Source: Chloroflexota bacterium | GTDB lineage: Bacteria > Chloroflexota > Dehalococcoidia > E44-bin15 | Assembly (NCBI GenBank): GCA_030626475.1 | Contig: DAOUOW010000001.1 | Location: 108 to 64,107 of the forward strand | Length of the DNA stretch: 64,000 nt | Direction: 5' to 3' | Shown here: positions 9,240 to 20,000 of the stretch, piece after piece | How positions within the stretch are numbered: position 1 is the first letter of the stretch | Layout: each line of letters begins with the position of its first letter | The notes under the pieces: model-generated | The model's input: the letters and a program-made list of their open reading frames with translations, nothing else | Databases searched by the model: none | What the model was told of the DNA's origin: nothing | Made by a program: the position numbers and the translations under genes

Positions 9240-10025
9240 ATGGCAAAATGGGCAGAGTTGGGGCGTGATTTGAGGGACCAATTTCGGTTGAAGGCGTATC
9301 CGATAGGCTTCAAGCATTTTGACACTCCAGAGGAGCTTGACCAGATACCGAACCTGAAGCGGATGGAGCACTATTTTGTCTTTTGCCAGATGCTAGCTCA
9401 AGCACGTAACTGGGGGATTACGGTGGGGGCTAAGAATAGAGATAAGATGTTCGCCCACTGCCAGATGATCCATGGTCTGAGACCGGTGCGCCCTGAGATG
9501 TTTGAAATACCACCTGCTGGTACGGAGATGCCGGAGGGCATGGCCAGATATGTGAGCAGTTGGGAGGATAACGTGAAGCGAAATACAGCCTTCCCTCGAA
9601 TACCGGTGGGGGGTGCAGTGGCGCTGGCTCCTCTGGCAACGATAACGTTTGACCCTGATGTCATCATTGTCTATGGTGACCCTTCTCAGATCGTTCTGAT
9701 GATCCAGTCTATGCAGAAAATCGAGTTCGAACGTTTTGAGTTTGCCTGCATTGGTGAGTCGTCTTGTGCTGACTCACTGGTGGAGTGCTACTTGACGGGG
9801 AAGCCAAAGGTCGGACTGCCCGGTTACGGGGAGCGTGCGCTTGGACACGTGAGGGATGAAGATCTGGTACTCGCGCTTCCACCTTCTTACTTAGACAGGG
9901 TACTGGATGGGTTCCGTGAACTGCGTAAGACGGGCGTAAGTTATCCGGTTGCCCTTGCCGGCATTGATATAGATATCGCAGCTCCTACCTCAAATATCTA
10001 TGATAAAGCTGTAAATATATCGTGA
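9240..10025 (+). CDS. DUF169 family protein
   Basis: PIGFK, FCQMLAQAR, PDVIIVYGDPSQ, GESSCAD, PGYGER; AAGGAG RBS favours ATG 9240. Confidence 0.8.
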   Translation: MAKWAELGRDLRDQFRLKAYPIGFKHFDTPEELDQIPNLKRMEHYFVFCQMLAQARNWGITVGAKNRDKMFAHCQMIHGLRPVRPEMFEIPPAGTEMPEGMARYVSSWEDNVKRNTAFPRIPVGGAVALAPLATITFDPDVIIVYGDPSQIVLMIQSMQKIEFERFEFACIGESSCADSLVECYLTGKPKVGLPGYGERALGHVRDEDLVLALPPSYLDRVLDGFRELRKTGVSYPVALAGIDIDIAAPTSNIYDKAVNIS

Positions 10026-10323
10026 TACGACCTGTTGAAGAAGTAGGCGTGATTTCTTGTGTGAATTGTCAGCGAAAATGGGACACATTTGGGACAAGAG
10101 CTAATGGACACTCTGGGGCTTGTTCCTGCTCTCCGAAGAAAGTAGAGCATCGTCTGAAGAAAGGCAGGACGTCGATTGCACAAACGTCCATCTTGTTCAG
10201 CTAGAACAAAAAGGCTTGACCACGCTATTATAGCCAGCCCTTTCTCTGCTCCAGGCCCCTAGCTCTAAAAGCGTGCAAGCTGCCCTGCTGCTTTGGTTCT
10301 AGCTTTGGCTGTGCTCCTAGCCC

Positions 10324-11778
10324 CTATGCCTGGGCCCTCCTCTCATAATATTGAACCACCTTGGCTATCGCCCTGGCGGCCCGCTCCAGGCTGGGATACA
10401 CGGGAATGCCATTACGCAAGTAGAAATCGCGAAATTGCCGCCTCGCCTTTTCTGCCTCCAGCATGTCCACATCGGTGCCCCCCACGGGCAAGACCATTAT
10501 CACTGGCTTTCCAGAGTTGGTCTTGATATCCACCGGGATTTGAAGGGAATCAGAGATGGAACTTCCCTTGGTATCGAAGAAGTGTCTCCACCTCTCCCCT
10601 CTGAACAGGTGCAGGGCCTGGGTAGCAATGATGGTATCTACTCCTTCGGCGGCGGCCACCTTTTGCCAAATCCTGTGCCATATTCCAGCGGGGACCACTG
10701 GTGCCCCCACGTCCACTGGGTTGCGCACCGCTGTCCCTGCTGGGGGCAGGATTTGCTTTAGCTCCCGCTGCAGCGGCTCGTTGAAAGCCGGGATGTGGAG
10801 ACCCGCCTGGTTGCAGGCGTCGGTGGCGGCTACACTGATACCACCCCCACCCCCAATCACCGCCACCCGCCGACCTGTGGAGACGGGCAAATGCATGAGG
10901 GCAACCGCAGTATCGATGATCTCCTCCAGGCTGCCCACTCGAAGGGCACCCGTTTGCTTGAAAAGAGCATCCCAGGTGGTTTCCTCGCCACTGAGGGAGG
11001 CGGTGTGGGAGTTCACCGCCCTGGCGCCATCCTGGGTAAGCCCTGCCTTCCAGATAAGGACGGGCTTGGTCTGTGAGACCACCTGAACCAGGTGGCGGAA
11101 ACGTTCCCCCTGGCGGGGACCCTCGATATAAGCGGCGATGATCTTGGTATCCGAATCCTGGGCTAGGTATTCCAGCAGGTCTGCTTCGTTTATATCGCAG
11201 GCGTTGCCGTAGCTTATGACCTTGCTGAAGCTGATGCCCCATCCTCTGGCCTGCCGCGCCAGCTCCACAGCGTGGCCTCCGCTCTGGGAGATGAAGGCTA
11301 TGGGCCCAGTCTCCTTGGGGAAGTCGGCACCGGGAAGCAGGGTCATGCCCCCGCCAGGACAGTAGACTCCGAAGCAATTGGGTCCGATGACGCGGATGCC
11401 CCTTCTGGCAATCTCCGCCAGCCGGGCCTCTAGTTGGCGTCCTTCCTCTTCACCTGTTTCCCCGAAGCCAGCAGTGAAAATCTCGGCGGCTTTGACTCCT
11501 CGGGCCAAGCAATCCTCCAGCACCTGGGGCACGACCGGCGCCGGAACGGTGATAGCGGCGAAATCCACGGGTTGGGGGACGTCCCTTACCGTGGGATACG
11601 CCTTCAGCCCAGAAACCTCCACCTGCCGGGGGTTGATGGGATAAAGCGCCCCCCGATAGCCAAATTCCTGGAGGGTCCTCAAGAACCGGGCCCCAAATTT
11701 GCGTTCATCGTTGGAGGCCCCGATCACAGCCATGGATTTGGGATAGAAGATGGGCTCAAATTCCTTGAGCTTTTCCAT
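10324..11778 (-). CDS. ADP-forming acyl-CoA synthetase, alpha (CoA-binding) subunit
   Basis: AVIGAS, IGPNCFG, ISQSGG, SYGNACD, SHTASL phospho-His, NPVD; no ATP-grasp domain; start uncertain (11778 or 11805). Confidence 0.88.
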   Translation of the reverse strand: MEKLKEFEPIFYPKSMAVIGASNDERKFGARFLRTLQEFGYRGALYPINPRQVEVSGLKAYPTVRDVPQPVDFAAITVPAPVVPQVLEDCLARGVKAAEIFTAGFGETGEEEGRQLEARLAEIARRGIRVIGPNCFGVYCPGGGMTLLPGADFPKETGPIAFISQSGGHAVELARQARGWGISFSKVISYGNACDINEADLLEYLAQDSDTKIIAAYIEGPRQGERFRHLVQVVSQTKPVLIWKAGLTQDGARAVNSHTASLSGEETTWDALFKQTGALRVGSLEEIIDTAVALMHLPVSTGRRVAVIGGGGGISVAATDACNQAGLHIPAFNEPLQRELKQILPPAGTAVRNPVDVGAPVVPAGIWHRIWQKVAAAEGVDTIIATQALHLFRGERWRHFFDTKGSSISDSLQIPVDIKTNSGKPVIMVLPVGGTDVDMLEAEKARRQFRDFYLRNGIPVYPSLERAARAIAKVVQYYERRAQA

Positions 11779-12031
11779 GCTTTCGGATTTTCTCTTCTGT
11801 TTCATTCCTTGACTTGGACTGCTGGCGACCTGCTTGGGATATTGACCTGCCCCCAGTAATTGTACCACTTGTTAAGTTAGAGTTGAAGGTATTAGAGCCG
11901 GCTGTATAGCCTCAGGAGCTGGAGGTCGGTACCCAAGAGGCATTGGCAGACATCTAAAGGCGAAGGTAAAAGCCATCCCAACTTGTGGGAGATTAGAAGC
12001 ACTCTTTAGGTCCTCGCCAGCACCATCTCTC

Positions 12032-12670
12032 TCACAATTGTGATTGTATTCGGAACCTCCCCGCTTTTAGCTCGGTTATCAGCTCTTGAACATTCCTAAT
12101 CCGCCGTTGGAAAAAAGTGGCGCAGGAGCCAATGTCCGAAATCTCATGAGCATCGCTTGAGGCCACGCCCCTGAGGTCTAGTTCCCTGCTTATCTTGATG
12201 GAAAAGGCGTTCTCCTCCTCCGAGCCCCTGCCGTTCAATACTTCGATCGCATCTGCAATCTCGAAAACGGGGTTGTTGCAGGCGCGGGTGAGCGCCGGAT
12301 AATACCGCTCATCTTCGGGCTCGGAACCGATGGGAAAGTGGCGGCGGTAAGGATGGGCGATAATAATGGCACCGCCAGCCTCATCCGCCAACTTCCTGAC
12401 AAAGGAGGCATGGTGCATGCCGAAGACATACTTCTTCAGCCCGAAGACCAGCAGGTGTGCTTCCTCGGTGGTTATCTCCACGCCAGGAAGGACGAGGAAA
12501 TTGTGCCTTTGGCACAACTCCCTTATCTCCTCATCCTCCCAGAACCAGTCGTGCTCGGTGAGGCAGATAGCATCGAGACCAGCGCGTTTGGCCTGAGCGA
12601 TAAGCTCGTCAGGCTTCAGGTAGCTATCGTCTGACCTCGGGGTAGTGTGGGTATGAAGATCAATGAGCAT
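12032..12670 (-). CDS. PHP-domain metal-dependent phosphoesterase
   Basis: DLHTHT, LTEHD, GVEITT..H, IAHPY, SSDAH. Confidence 0.92.
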   Translation of the reverse strand: MLIDLHTHTTPRSDDSYLKPDELIAQAKRAGLDAICLTEHDWFWEDEEIRELCQRHNFLVLPGVEITTEEAHLLVFGLKKYVFGMHHASFVRKLADEAGGAIIIAHPYRRHFPIGSEPEDERYYPALTRACNNPVFEIADAIEVLNGRGSEEENAFSIKISRELDLRGVASSDAHEISDIGSCATFFQRRIRNVQELITELKAGRFRIQSQL

Positions 12671-12686
12671 TTTTCTGACTTCCGCC

Positions 12687-14402
12687 TTATCGCCCCCTCA
12701 CCAGGGACCAAAGGGTGTGTAGCGGCCTTAGCGTGATCAAGGCTGTAGGCAGCTCCAGCTCCCGTTTCTCACACACCGTGGAGATGCTCACCCGGTCGAT
12801 GGTGGGTTTAAGCTGAGACAGTTGCTCCTCGGGGCTTGGTTGGCCGTCGCAAACTATGTCATCGATGCGATGGAGCATTTCCAGGGCTGTGTTTATGCGC
12901 TCTTCTGTGGCTTCAGCCACCTTCCTGGAGATCAGGTCATGCTTTGCCTTGAGCCGATTGAGGCGTAGCCCTGCCTCATAGGAGGTGTCGACGATGTCCT
13001 GGCGGCTCATCCACTGCGTCTCGTAGTTGAGGGTATACTTCCAGCTGGGCTCAAGCAAAGCCTGGCGATGCTCCTCCAGACTGCGGAAAAGAACTCGGTA
13101 GCCATGGCGCTCGGATTCTTCAAAGGCGAGGCTGCCGGGGTCGAGAAAGGGCGCCAGGGGGGAGATGAAGGGGGAAAATCGCTCGTCCCCGCTGAACTTG
13201 TCAAGCAGATAGCCGCAGTAGTCGATGGTATCCAGCACCGATTTCGGCGTCTGTTGAGGGATGCCGATCATGTAGAAAACATCCAGCCGGCCACAGCCTG
13301 CTGACAGGGCAGCCTCCAGGGTTTCCTCCAGATCCTCGTTGGAGTAATGCTTGCCTGTAGCCTTTCGCACCTCGGGGTCGTGGGTTTCGGGCGAGATTTG
13401 GAGGCAGAATCCAGGGCAGGCCTCGCCAATTTTGCTCAAGAGTTCCCTGGGCACAGGGCGGAATAACTCAAAGATAATCTGGTTTTTCACTCGCTCCTCG
13501 GCCAGTAGCTGGAGAAGATGATGCGCATATTCCTCCCCTGGCTGGCGGATATCGCCCAGGATGAAGATTGGGCCTCTGCTAATGAGGCTTATCCTTTTCA
13601 CATCATAGGCCACTGCCTCCGCACTGCGGAAGGCGGGGTAGTCTCGATTAAACTTTCGACGGAAGGCGGCAGCAGAGCCGCCGCAAAAGACGCAGTTCTG
13701 GGTGCAGCCGCGACAGGTGAGCACTGCGGTGATGGGATAGCGCAGCCAGCGCCTGAAGGGAAGGTAACTGGCAAGGTCGCGGTATCTGATTACTGATTGC
13801 ACCGTATAGTCATAATAACGAACCATGACATCGCTGAGCTCACTAGGCACATGTGAAAGCGGGTTTTGGTGCACCTCACCCTTCTCGTCGCGCCAGGTAA
13901 GATTGGGCACTTGTTGCAGTTCTTTCCCCTTCAGGATGCAATCCATCAATTGGCGGAAGGGCTCCTCGGTGGTATCGCCGCGGAGGACATAATCGACCTC
14001 GGGATAATTCATTAGCTCCTGATGGTAGCAAGAGGCGCTGAGGCCGCCGATAACCAATTTTGATTCCGGGTGATGGCTTTTCACCAGGCGGGCGATCTCG
14101 ATGGCACCGTGGGCGTGGGGGAGCCAGTGGAGATCGATGCCATATACCGGCGCATTTAGATTCTGGATCAGCTTTGGGACGTCAAAATTTTGGTCTCTGA
14201 GCATCCGCACCGCCAGATTGAAGATGCGCACCTGGTAGCCAGCGCGCTCCAGATACTCAGCGATGCTGGTAAATCCTATGGGATACATTTCGAAGATGGG
14301 AGATGGAGGAATGAGGTCGCTTATGGGGCCATAGAGAATCGTCCGCTGGCGGAAGTCATAAACAGTGGGAGGGTGAAGCAGAATTAGGTCCGGTTGGGGC
14401 AA
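12687..14402 (-). CDS. B12-binding domain / radical SAM protein (Ta0216/TIGR04190-like)
   Basis: DLILLHPPTVYDFR start, IDLHWLPH, CRGCTQNCVFC; AAGGAG RBS favours TTG 14402. Confidence 0.88.
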   Translation of the reverse strand: MPQPDLILLHPPTVYDFRQRTILYGPISDLIPPSPIFEMYPIGFTSIAEYLERAGYQVRIFNLAVRMLRDQNFDVPKLIQNLNAPVYGIDLHWLPHAHGAIEIARLVKSHHPESKLVIGGLSASCYHQELMNYPEVDYVLRGDTTEEPFRQLMDCILKGKELQQVPNLTWRDEKGEVHQNPLSHVPSELSDVMVRYYDYTVQSVIRYRDLASYLPFRRWLRYPITAVLTCRGCTQNCVFCGGSAAAFRRKFNRDYPAFRSAEAVAYDVKRISLISRGPIFILGDIRQPGEEYAHHLLQLLAEERVKNQIIFELFRPVPRELLSKIGEACPGFCLQISPETHDPEVRKATGKHYSNEDLEETLEAALSAGCGRLDVFYMIGIPQQTPKSVLDTIDYCGYLLDKFSGDERFSPFISPLAPFLDPGSLAFEESERHGYRVLFRSLEEHRQALLEPSWKYTLNYETQWMSRQDIVDTSYEAGLRLNRLKAKHDLISRKVAEATEERINTALEMLHRIDDIVCDGQPSPEEQLSQLKPTIDRVSISTVCEKRELELPTALITLRPLHTLWSLVRGR

Positions 14403-14425
14403 TGAAAAGGCTCCTTTCAATAACC

Positions 14426-14455
14426 ATGATACCTAACCTGAACGGGAGAGGTCAA
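14426..14455 (-). promoter_or_regulatory. sigma70-type promoter for radical SAM gene
   Basis: TTGACC-18 bp-TATCAT on minus strand. Confidence 0.45.
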
Positions 14456-14534
14456 TAGCCAAAGGGCTATTCGCTCGCTTTCCTCCCTAATCATCATATG
14501 TTATTATTATGCACAGAGTCAAAGGAGTAAGCAT

Positions 14535-14906
14535 TTGCTGGAGAACTTCGGTTACATCGGGATTTTTCTCGTTGCCGCCCTTCTTTTCACCTTCACCATG
14601 ATAACGCTTCCCCTTCTCCTCAGGCGTTTCCGTATCGTCCCCAATAAGCCCAACCCGGTAAAGAGCTCCACCTATGAATGTGGCATGGATACCGTGGGCA
14701 AGTCCTGGATTCAATTCAACTTCCGCTACTATTTTTACGCCCTGCTCTTCGTGATCTTTGATATCCAGGTGGTTTTTGTCTATCCCTGGGCGGCAGCCAT
14801 GGGAGAGCTTAAGCTCTTTGGCCTAGTAGTGATGGCGGCTTTCTTTTTGATCGTGATTGTCGGCTTTGTCTATGCCTGGAGAAAGGGGGTTCTGGAATGG
14901 AAATAG
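14535..14906 (+). CDS. nuoA: Complex I subunit A
   Basis: [31 protein letters not shown]. Confidence 0.96.
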   Translation: MLENFGYIGIFLVAALLFTFTMITLPLLLRRFRIVPNKPNPVKSSTYECGMDTVGKSWIQFNFRYYFYALLFVIFDIQVVFVYPWAAAMGELKLFGLVVMAAFFLIVIVGFVYAWRKGVLEWK

Positions 14907-15493
14907 AGATACCCTACTCCAGCAGCAAGCTCGATCACGCCGAGGGTCTTGAGATCGAGGCCCTGATTGAAGTTTCCCAGGAGCCTTACCCCGATCCGGT
15001 CGCCTGGCTGGAGGAGGAGGTGAAGAGGAATGTCCTGGTTACCTCCATTGATCACATCTTAGATTGGGGCCGACGCTACTCAGTCTGGCCGATAAACTTC
15101 GGGCTAGCCTGTTGCGCCTTCGAGATGATCGCCACCGCAGTATCCAGGTTTGACATCGCTCGCTTCGGCATGGAGCTTCTGCGCCCCTCGCCGCGCCAGG
15201 CAGACCTCATGATTGTAGCCGGAACCGTGACCTGGAAGATAGCGCCAGCGCTGAAGCGAATCTATGAGCAGATGCCAGAGCCAAAGTGGGTCATCGCCAT
15301 GGGGGTATGTGCCATCAGTGGCGGGCCTTTTCGCGACTCCTACAGTGTAGTGCCGGGGGTGAACCGCATCGTGCCCGTGGATGTCTATGTCCCCGGATGC
15401 CCACCGCGTCCCGAGGCGCTTCTCCACGGGATTATCATGCTTCATGAGAAGATTAGCAGGGAGACTTTGGCGAAGGGCAGGGAGGATGACTAA
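14897..15493 (+). CDS. nuoB: Complex I subunit B
   Basis: [33 protein letters not shown]. Confidence 0.97.
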   Translation: MEIEIPYSSSKLDHAEGLEIEALIEVSQEPYPDPVAWLEEEVKRNVLVTSIDHILDWGRRYSVWPINFGLACCAFEMIATAVSRFDIARFGMELLRPSPRQADLMIVAGTVTWKIAPALKRIYEQMPEPKWVIAMGVCAISGGPFRDSYSVVPGVNRIVPVDVYVPGCPPRPEALLHGIIMLHEKISRETLAKGREDD

Positions 15494-15941
15494 GCCCCTT
15501 TCCCCCTCAGAGGTCGCCAGGCAAATAGGGGAGCACATCCCTGATGCTGTCACCGATTCCAATGAAAGCGCCGTCTATGTCAAGGGTGAAGCCCTTTTCG
15601 AGGTGGCGCGCCTGCTTAAAGAGAATCTTGACCTCGACTACCTCGCCACCATCACCGCTGTAGACTTTTTGGAACATTTTGAGCTGATTTATCACTTGAC
15701 CTCGATTACAAAAAACCACAGCGTTATCCTAAAGACACGGTGCGAAAAGGGCGAAAAGGGCGAAAAAGTGCCTTCGGTGGTCAGCTTATGGCAGGGTGCC
15801 GATTTACAGGAAAGGGATATCTTTGACCTCATGGGAATCGCCTTCACCGGGCATCCCAATCTCAAGCGCATCTTCCTCTGGGATGGATATAAGGGGCACC
15901 CGCTGAGAAAGGACTGGTCGAAAAATGGCGCTCAAGACTGA
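15486..15941 (+). CDS. nuoC: Complex I subunit C
   Basis: [25 protein letters not shown] 15486 after GGAGG. Confidence 0.94.
   Translation: MTKPLSPSEVARQIGEHIPDAVTDSNESAVYVKGEALFEVARLLKENLDLDYLATITAVDFLEHFELIYHLTSITKNHSVILKTRCEKGEKGEKVPSVVSLWQGADLQERDIFDLMGIAFTGHPNLKRIFLWDGYKGHPLRKDWSKNGAQD
15742..15768 (+). repeat. 9-bp tandem repeat (GCGAAAAGG x2 + GCGAAAAAG) in nuoC
   Basis: Read directly; encodes CEKGEKGEK. Confidence 0.8.
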
Positions 15942-17028
15942 GCCAGTAATGATCAACTTCGGTCCCCAGCACCCTTCAACCCACGGGGTGTTTCGAATGA
16001 GGATAACCTTTGATGGCGAGGTGATCGTCGATCTGGAGCCGGTATTTGGCTACCTCCATCGCGGCATTGAGAAGCTGGCCGAGTCCAAGACCTATACCCA
16101 GGTCATTCCCTATACCGATAGGCTGGACTACCTTGCTTCCATGTCCAACAACTTCGCCTATGTGATGGCAGTGGAGAAGCTGGCCGACATCGAGGTTCCG
16201 GAGCGGGCCCAATATCTGAGGGTGATCATGGCCGAGCTAATGCGCATCGCCAGTCACCTTATCGCCGTGGGCGCCTTTTTCAACGACCTGGGTGCCTTCT
16301 TCACCCCCTTTATGTACATGTTCCGCGAGCGTGAGAAGATCCTGGACCTGTTTGAGATGGTATGCGGGCAGCGCCTGACCTATAACTATATGCGCATTGG
16401 CGGGGTGAGCCACGACATTCCCGAGGAATTCTTGCCCGCTCTCAGGCGGTTTATCGATGAAATGCCCGGTTTCATTGAGGAATACGATTGGCTCCTCGCT
16501 GAGAACGAAATCGTGCTGGCGCGCACCAAGGGGGTGGGGGTTTTGCCTCCCGAGAAGGCGATCAATGCCTCGGCCAGCGGTCCCATGCTGCGTGCCAGCG
16601 GGGTGAAATGGGATATTCGCAAGGCTGACCCCTATTCGGTATATGATCGCTTCGACTTTGCAATCCCGGTGGGCACGATGGGCGATGCCTATGACCGCTA
16701 CTGGGTGAGGATTCAGGAGATCACGCAGAGCACGCACATCGTGAAGCAGGCTATAGAGCAGCTTCCAGTAGGGGAGATTCGAACTAAGGTTCCCACCATG
16801 CTGCGACCGCCCAAAGGGGAGGCTTATGCCCACATCGAGTCGCCGAGGGGTGAGCTGGGTTTCTACCTGGTGAGCGACAACTCCCCCTACCCCTATCGGT
16901 TCAAGGTCCGCGCCCCATCGCTGATAAACCTCACCGTGCTCCGCGACCTGTGTGTCGGCTGGAAGCTGGCTGATGCCATCGCCATCTTGGGCAGCATTGA
17001 CATCGTTTTGGCCGAGGTGGACCGCTAG
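15925..17028 (+). CDS. nuoD: Complex I subunit D
   Basis: [42 protein letters not shown]; no NiFe CxxC motifs. Confidence 0.97.
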   Translation: MALKTEPVMINFGPQHPSTHGVFRMRITFDGEVIVDLEPVFGYLHRGIEKLAESKTYTQVIPYTDRLDYLASMSNNFAYVMAVEKLADIEVPERAQYLRVIMAELMRIASHLIAVGAFFNDLGAFFTPFMYMFREREKILDLFEMVCGQRLTYNYMRIGGVSHDIPEEFLPALRRFIDEMPGFIEEYDWLLAENEIVLARTKGVGVLPPEKAINASASGPMLRASGVKWDIRKADPYSVYDRFDFAIPVGTMGDAYDRYWVRIQEITQSTHIVKQAIEQLPVGEIRTKVPTMLRPPKGEAYAHIESPRGELGFYLVSDNSPYPYRFKVRAPSLINLTVLRDLCVGWKLADAIAILGSIDIVLAEVDR

Positions 17029-20000
17029 TGAATGTTCTGGAGCAATTTCACGATTGGCTCATGAACTACTGGCCCTCCTGGGCAGCTTACCTGGTGCCGG
17101 CGCTGGTTGCCTTCGTCGTCCTCTCCGCCTTCATCACACTGGTAGTGATGGCCTTTATCTATATCGAGCGTCGGGGAATAGGCAGGTTCCAGATTCGCCG
17201 TGGCCCCAACCGTGCCGGCCCCTTTGGCATCCTGCAACCGGTGGCGGATGCGATAAAGGTGCTGGTAAAGGAAGACATTATCCCCGCCGCCAGCGATCGC
17301 TGGATTCACTGGCTAGCTCCAGTCATCGCCTTCGTCCCCGCTATGGCAATCTTTGCTGTTATACCCTTTGAGGGGAGGGCAATCTTTGCCGACCTTAACA
17401 TCGGCATTCTTTACATAATCGCTATCTCCTCCCTGGGCGTGATCGGGGTTTTTATGGCCGGCTGGGGATCCAATAATAAATTTTCGATGATCAGCGCCAT
17501 GCGCTCCATAGCCCAGATGGTAAGCTATGAAATCCCACTGGTGCTTTCCATTGCCGGGGTGCTCATAATCGCCGGATCCCTCTCCATGACGAGCATCGTA
17601 GAGGCACAGAATGTCCCCTTCTTCCTGCTCCAACCCCTGGGATTCCTGATCTTCTTCATCGCCGCTGCCGCCGAGCTCCAGCGCACCCCTTTCGACCTCC
17701 TGGAAGCGGAGTCCGAGATCGTCGCCGGCTACCATATCGAATACTCGGGGATGAAGTTCGCCCTCTTCTACCTCGGGGAGTACACCCATGCCTTCGCCAT
17801 TTCTGCCATCGTGGCCACCCTTTTCCTCGGTGGCTGGCACGGCGTGCTGCTGCCCGGCGCCCTGTGGTTCATGATAAAGGTATTTTTGGTCTTTGGTGCT
17901 CTTATCTGGGTTCGCAGCACACTGCCCCGACTGAGGGTGGACCAACTGATGGCCTTTGCCTGGAAATGTCTTTTCCCCCTGGCGGTGATCAACCTCTTTG
18001 TCACCGCAATCGAGGTTGTCATTTGGCCTGAGTTTCCATGGCAGCTTATGATCCTCAATATCCTCATTGCCGCCCTGTTGATAGTCCTGTGGTCGGGCTT
18101 CTTCAGGGTAGCAGGGGAGAGGGTGCGCTTCAAAAGATACGGGCGAGGCATTGGCAAGGGCATGACGGTAACCTTCGGGCATCTCTTTCGCCCCCCGATC
18201 ACAGTACAGTATCCAGAGCAGAGGCTCACCGTTTCCAAGCGGGCCCGAGGTAACCGGTTTATTTGGGATGATAGTAAGCGTGCCCCCTGTGTGTTGGCGT
18301 GTCCTGCCAGGGTGGATGCTCAGGGCTATGTCACCCTTATTTCCCAGGGCAAGTTTAAGGAGGCACTTGAACTCGTCAGGCGAAATCTTCCTTTCCCAGC
18401 CGTCTGTGGTAGAGTTTGCACTCATCCGTGCGAAACAGCATGCAATCGGGGGAAGATAGATGAACCCATCGCTATCCGCGACCTCAAGCGCTTCCTGGCT
18501 GACTACGAAATGAGAGCGGAGGAAGAAGAGATAACCCCTGCTCCACGCACCAAAGAGGAAAGGGTGGCTATTATTGGCTCAGGTCCAGGAGGTTTAACTG
18601 CAGCTCGTGATCTGGTAAACATGGGCTATGGGGTGACCGTCTTTGAAGCGCTCCCTATTCCTGGCGGGATGCTGGCTGTGGGTATTCCAGAGTATCGCTT
18701 GCCCAAGGACATACTTCAAAAAGAGATCGAGGCTATTCAAAAACTCGGTGTCGAGATAAGGCTGAACAGCCCTGTAGGCAAAGATGGCCTGACCCTGGAG
18801 GCTCTTTACAAGCAGTATGAAGCAATTCTTGTGGCTGTGGGTGCCCACGACAGCATGAGACTGAATATCCCCGGTGAGGAATTTGAGGGCGTGTATCACG
18901 GTGTTTCCTTCCTCAGAGATGTAAGCCTGGGTAAAGAGGTCAAGGTGGGGGAAAGGGTGGCCATAATTGGCGGGGGTAACGTAGCTATCGATGCTGCCAG
19001 AACAGCCCTCCGACTTGGCTCCAAGGAAGTAATCATTGTCTATCGGAGGTCAAGGCAGGAGATGCCCGCCAGCGAGGAGGAGATAGAAGAGGCTGAGCAT
19101 GAGGGGATCAAGCTCAATTATCTGGCGGCGCCGGTCAAAGTCCTGGGCAAGCAAGGAAAGGTAGTGAGCTTGGAGTGTATTCGGATGGAGTTGGGCGAAC
19201 CTGATGACAGCGGCAGAAGGCGCCCAATACCTGTTGAGGGGTCTGAATTTGTCCTTGACATCGACATGCTCATCCCGGCCATCGGTCAAACCCCTGACCT
19301 CGCCTTCCTACCAGGGGACCATGAATTCCTCATAACAGCTAGAGGAACGTTTGAGGCCGATCCTGCCTCTTTAGCTACTAATATACCTGGCATATTCGCC
19401 TGCGGCGATGCCGTAACCGGACCGGCTACAGCTATTGAGGCGGTAGCAGCTGGAAGCAAAGCCGCCATCGCCATTGATATCTACCTCCGTGGGGAAGAAG
19501 TGGTGCTAGAGGAAAGGCTACCGCTACATGAGGTAGTTATTGAGGATATGGATACCAGTGACATAGTGAGTAAGGATAGGCAGCCTCTGCCTCATCTCTC
19601 CCTCAGGGAAAGAACCCCCGGATTTAAGGAAGTAAATCTCGGCTTTACAGAGGAAATGGCTGCAGAAGAAGCCAATAGGTGCCTCAACTGTGGTGTTTGC
19701 TCTTGGTGTCAACAGTGTGAAAAGGCATGCCCCCAGGGGGTTATCAAGATAGAATGGGACCGCACTCAGGAGGAGGAGCTAGGGGTGAAAAGGTTTGACA
19801 TCGACCTTACAGCCTGCATATTCTGTGGCCTGTGCATCGAGGCATGCCCCGCCCACAGGCTTTATTTCGAGAGAGGCTATGAGACATCCACCTACTGCTT
19901 CGGAGACATAGCGCTGGATAAGGAGGGGCTAAGACCATCCCCCCAGAAGCAGCCGAGCGCCTATGCCCGACCCGAGCTTGAGCCGACCTTGCCCCAACAG

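Noticed and set aside
10022..10204. 60-aa Cys-containing ORF after DUF169 and the short GGGACA repeat near 10080-10096
   Set aside because: No family motif; the repeat is too short to call an element end.
8984..10320. Direct repeats flanking DUF169 (TGTGCCCTAG vs TGTGCTCCTAG)
   Set aside because: Short and needs a gap; could be chance.
14897..17028. NuoB/C/D as a group 4 [NiFe]-hydrogenase
   Set aside because: NuoD lacks both CxxC Ni-binding motifs and has complex I-type termini; nuoA/J/K are present.
17313..18425. 370-aa antisense ORF (similar cases: 2009-2872, 27716-28774, 37984-38868, 60139-60996, 10550-11377)
   Set aside because: They overlap well-supported genes and have no recognisable motifs; expected shadow ORFs in GC-rich DNA.
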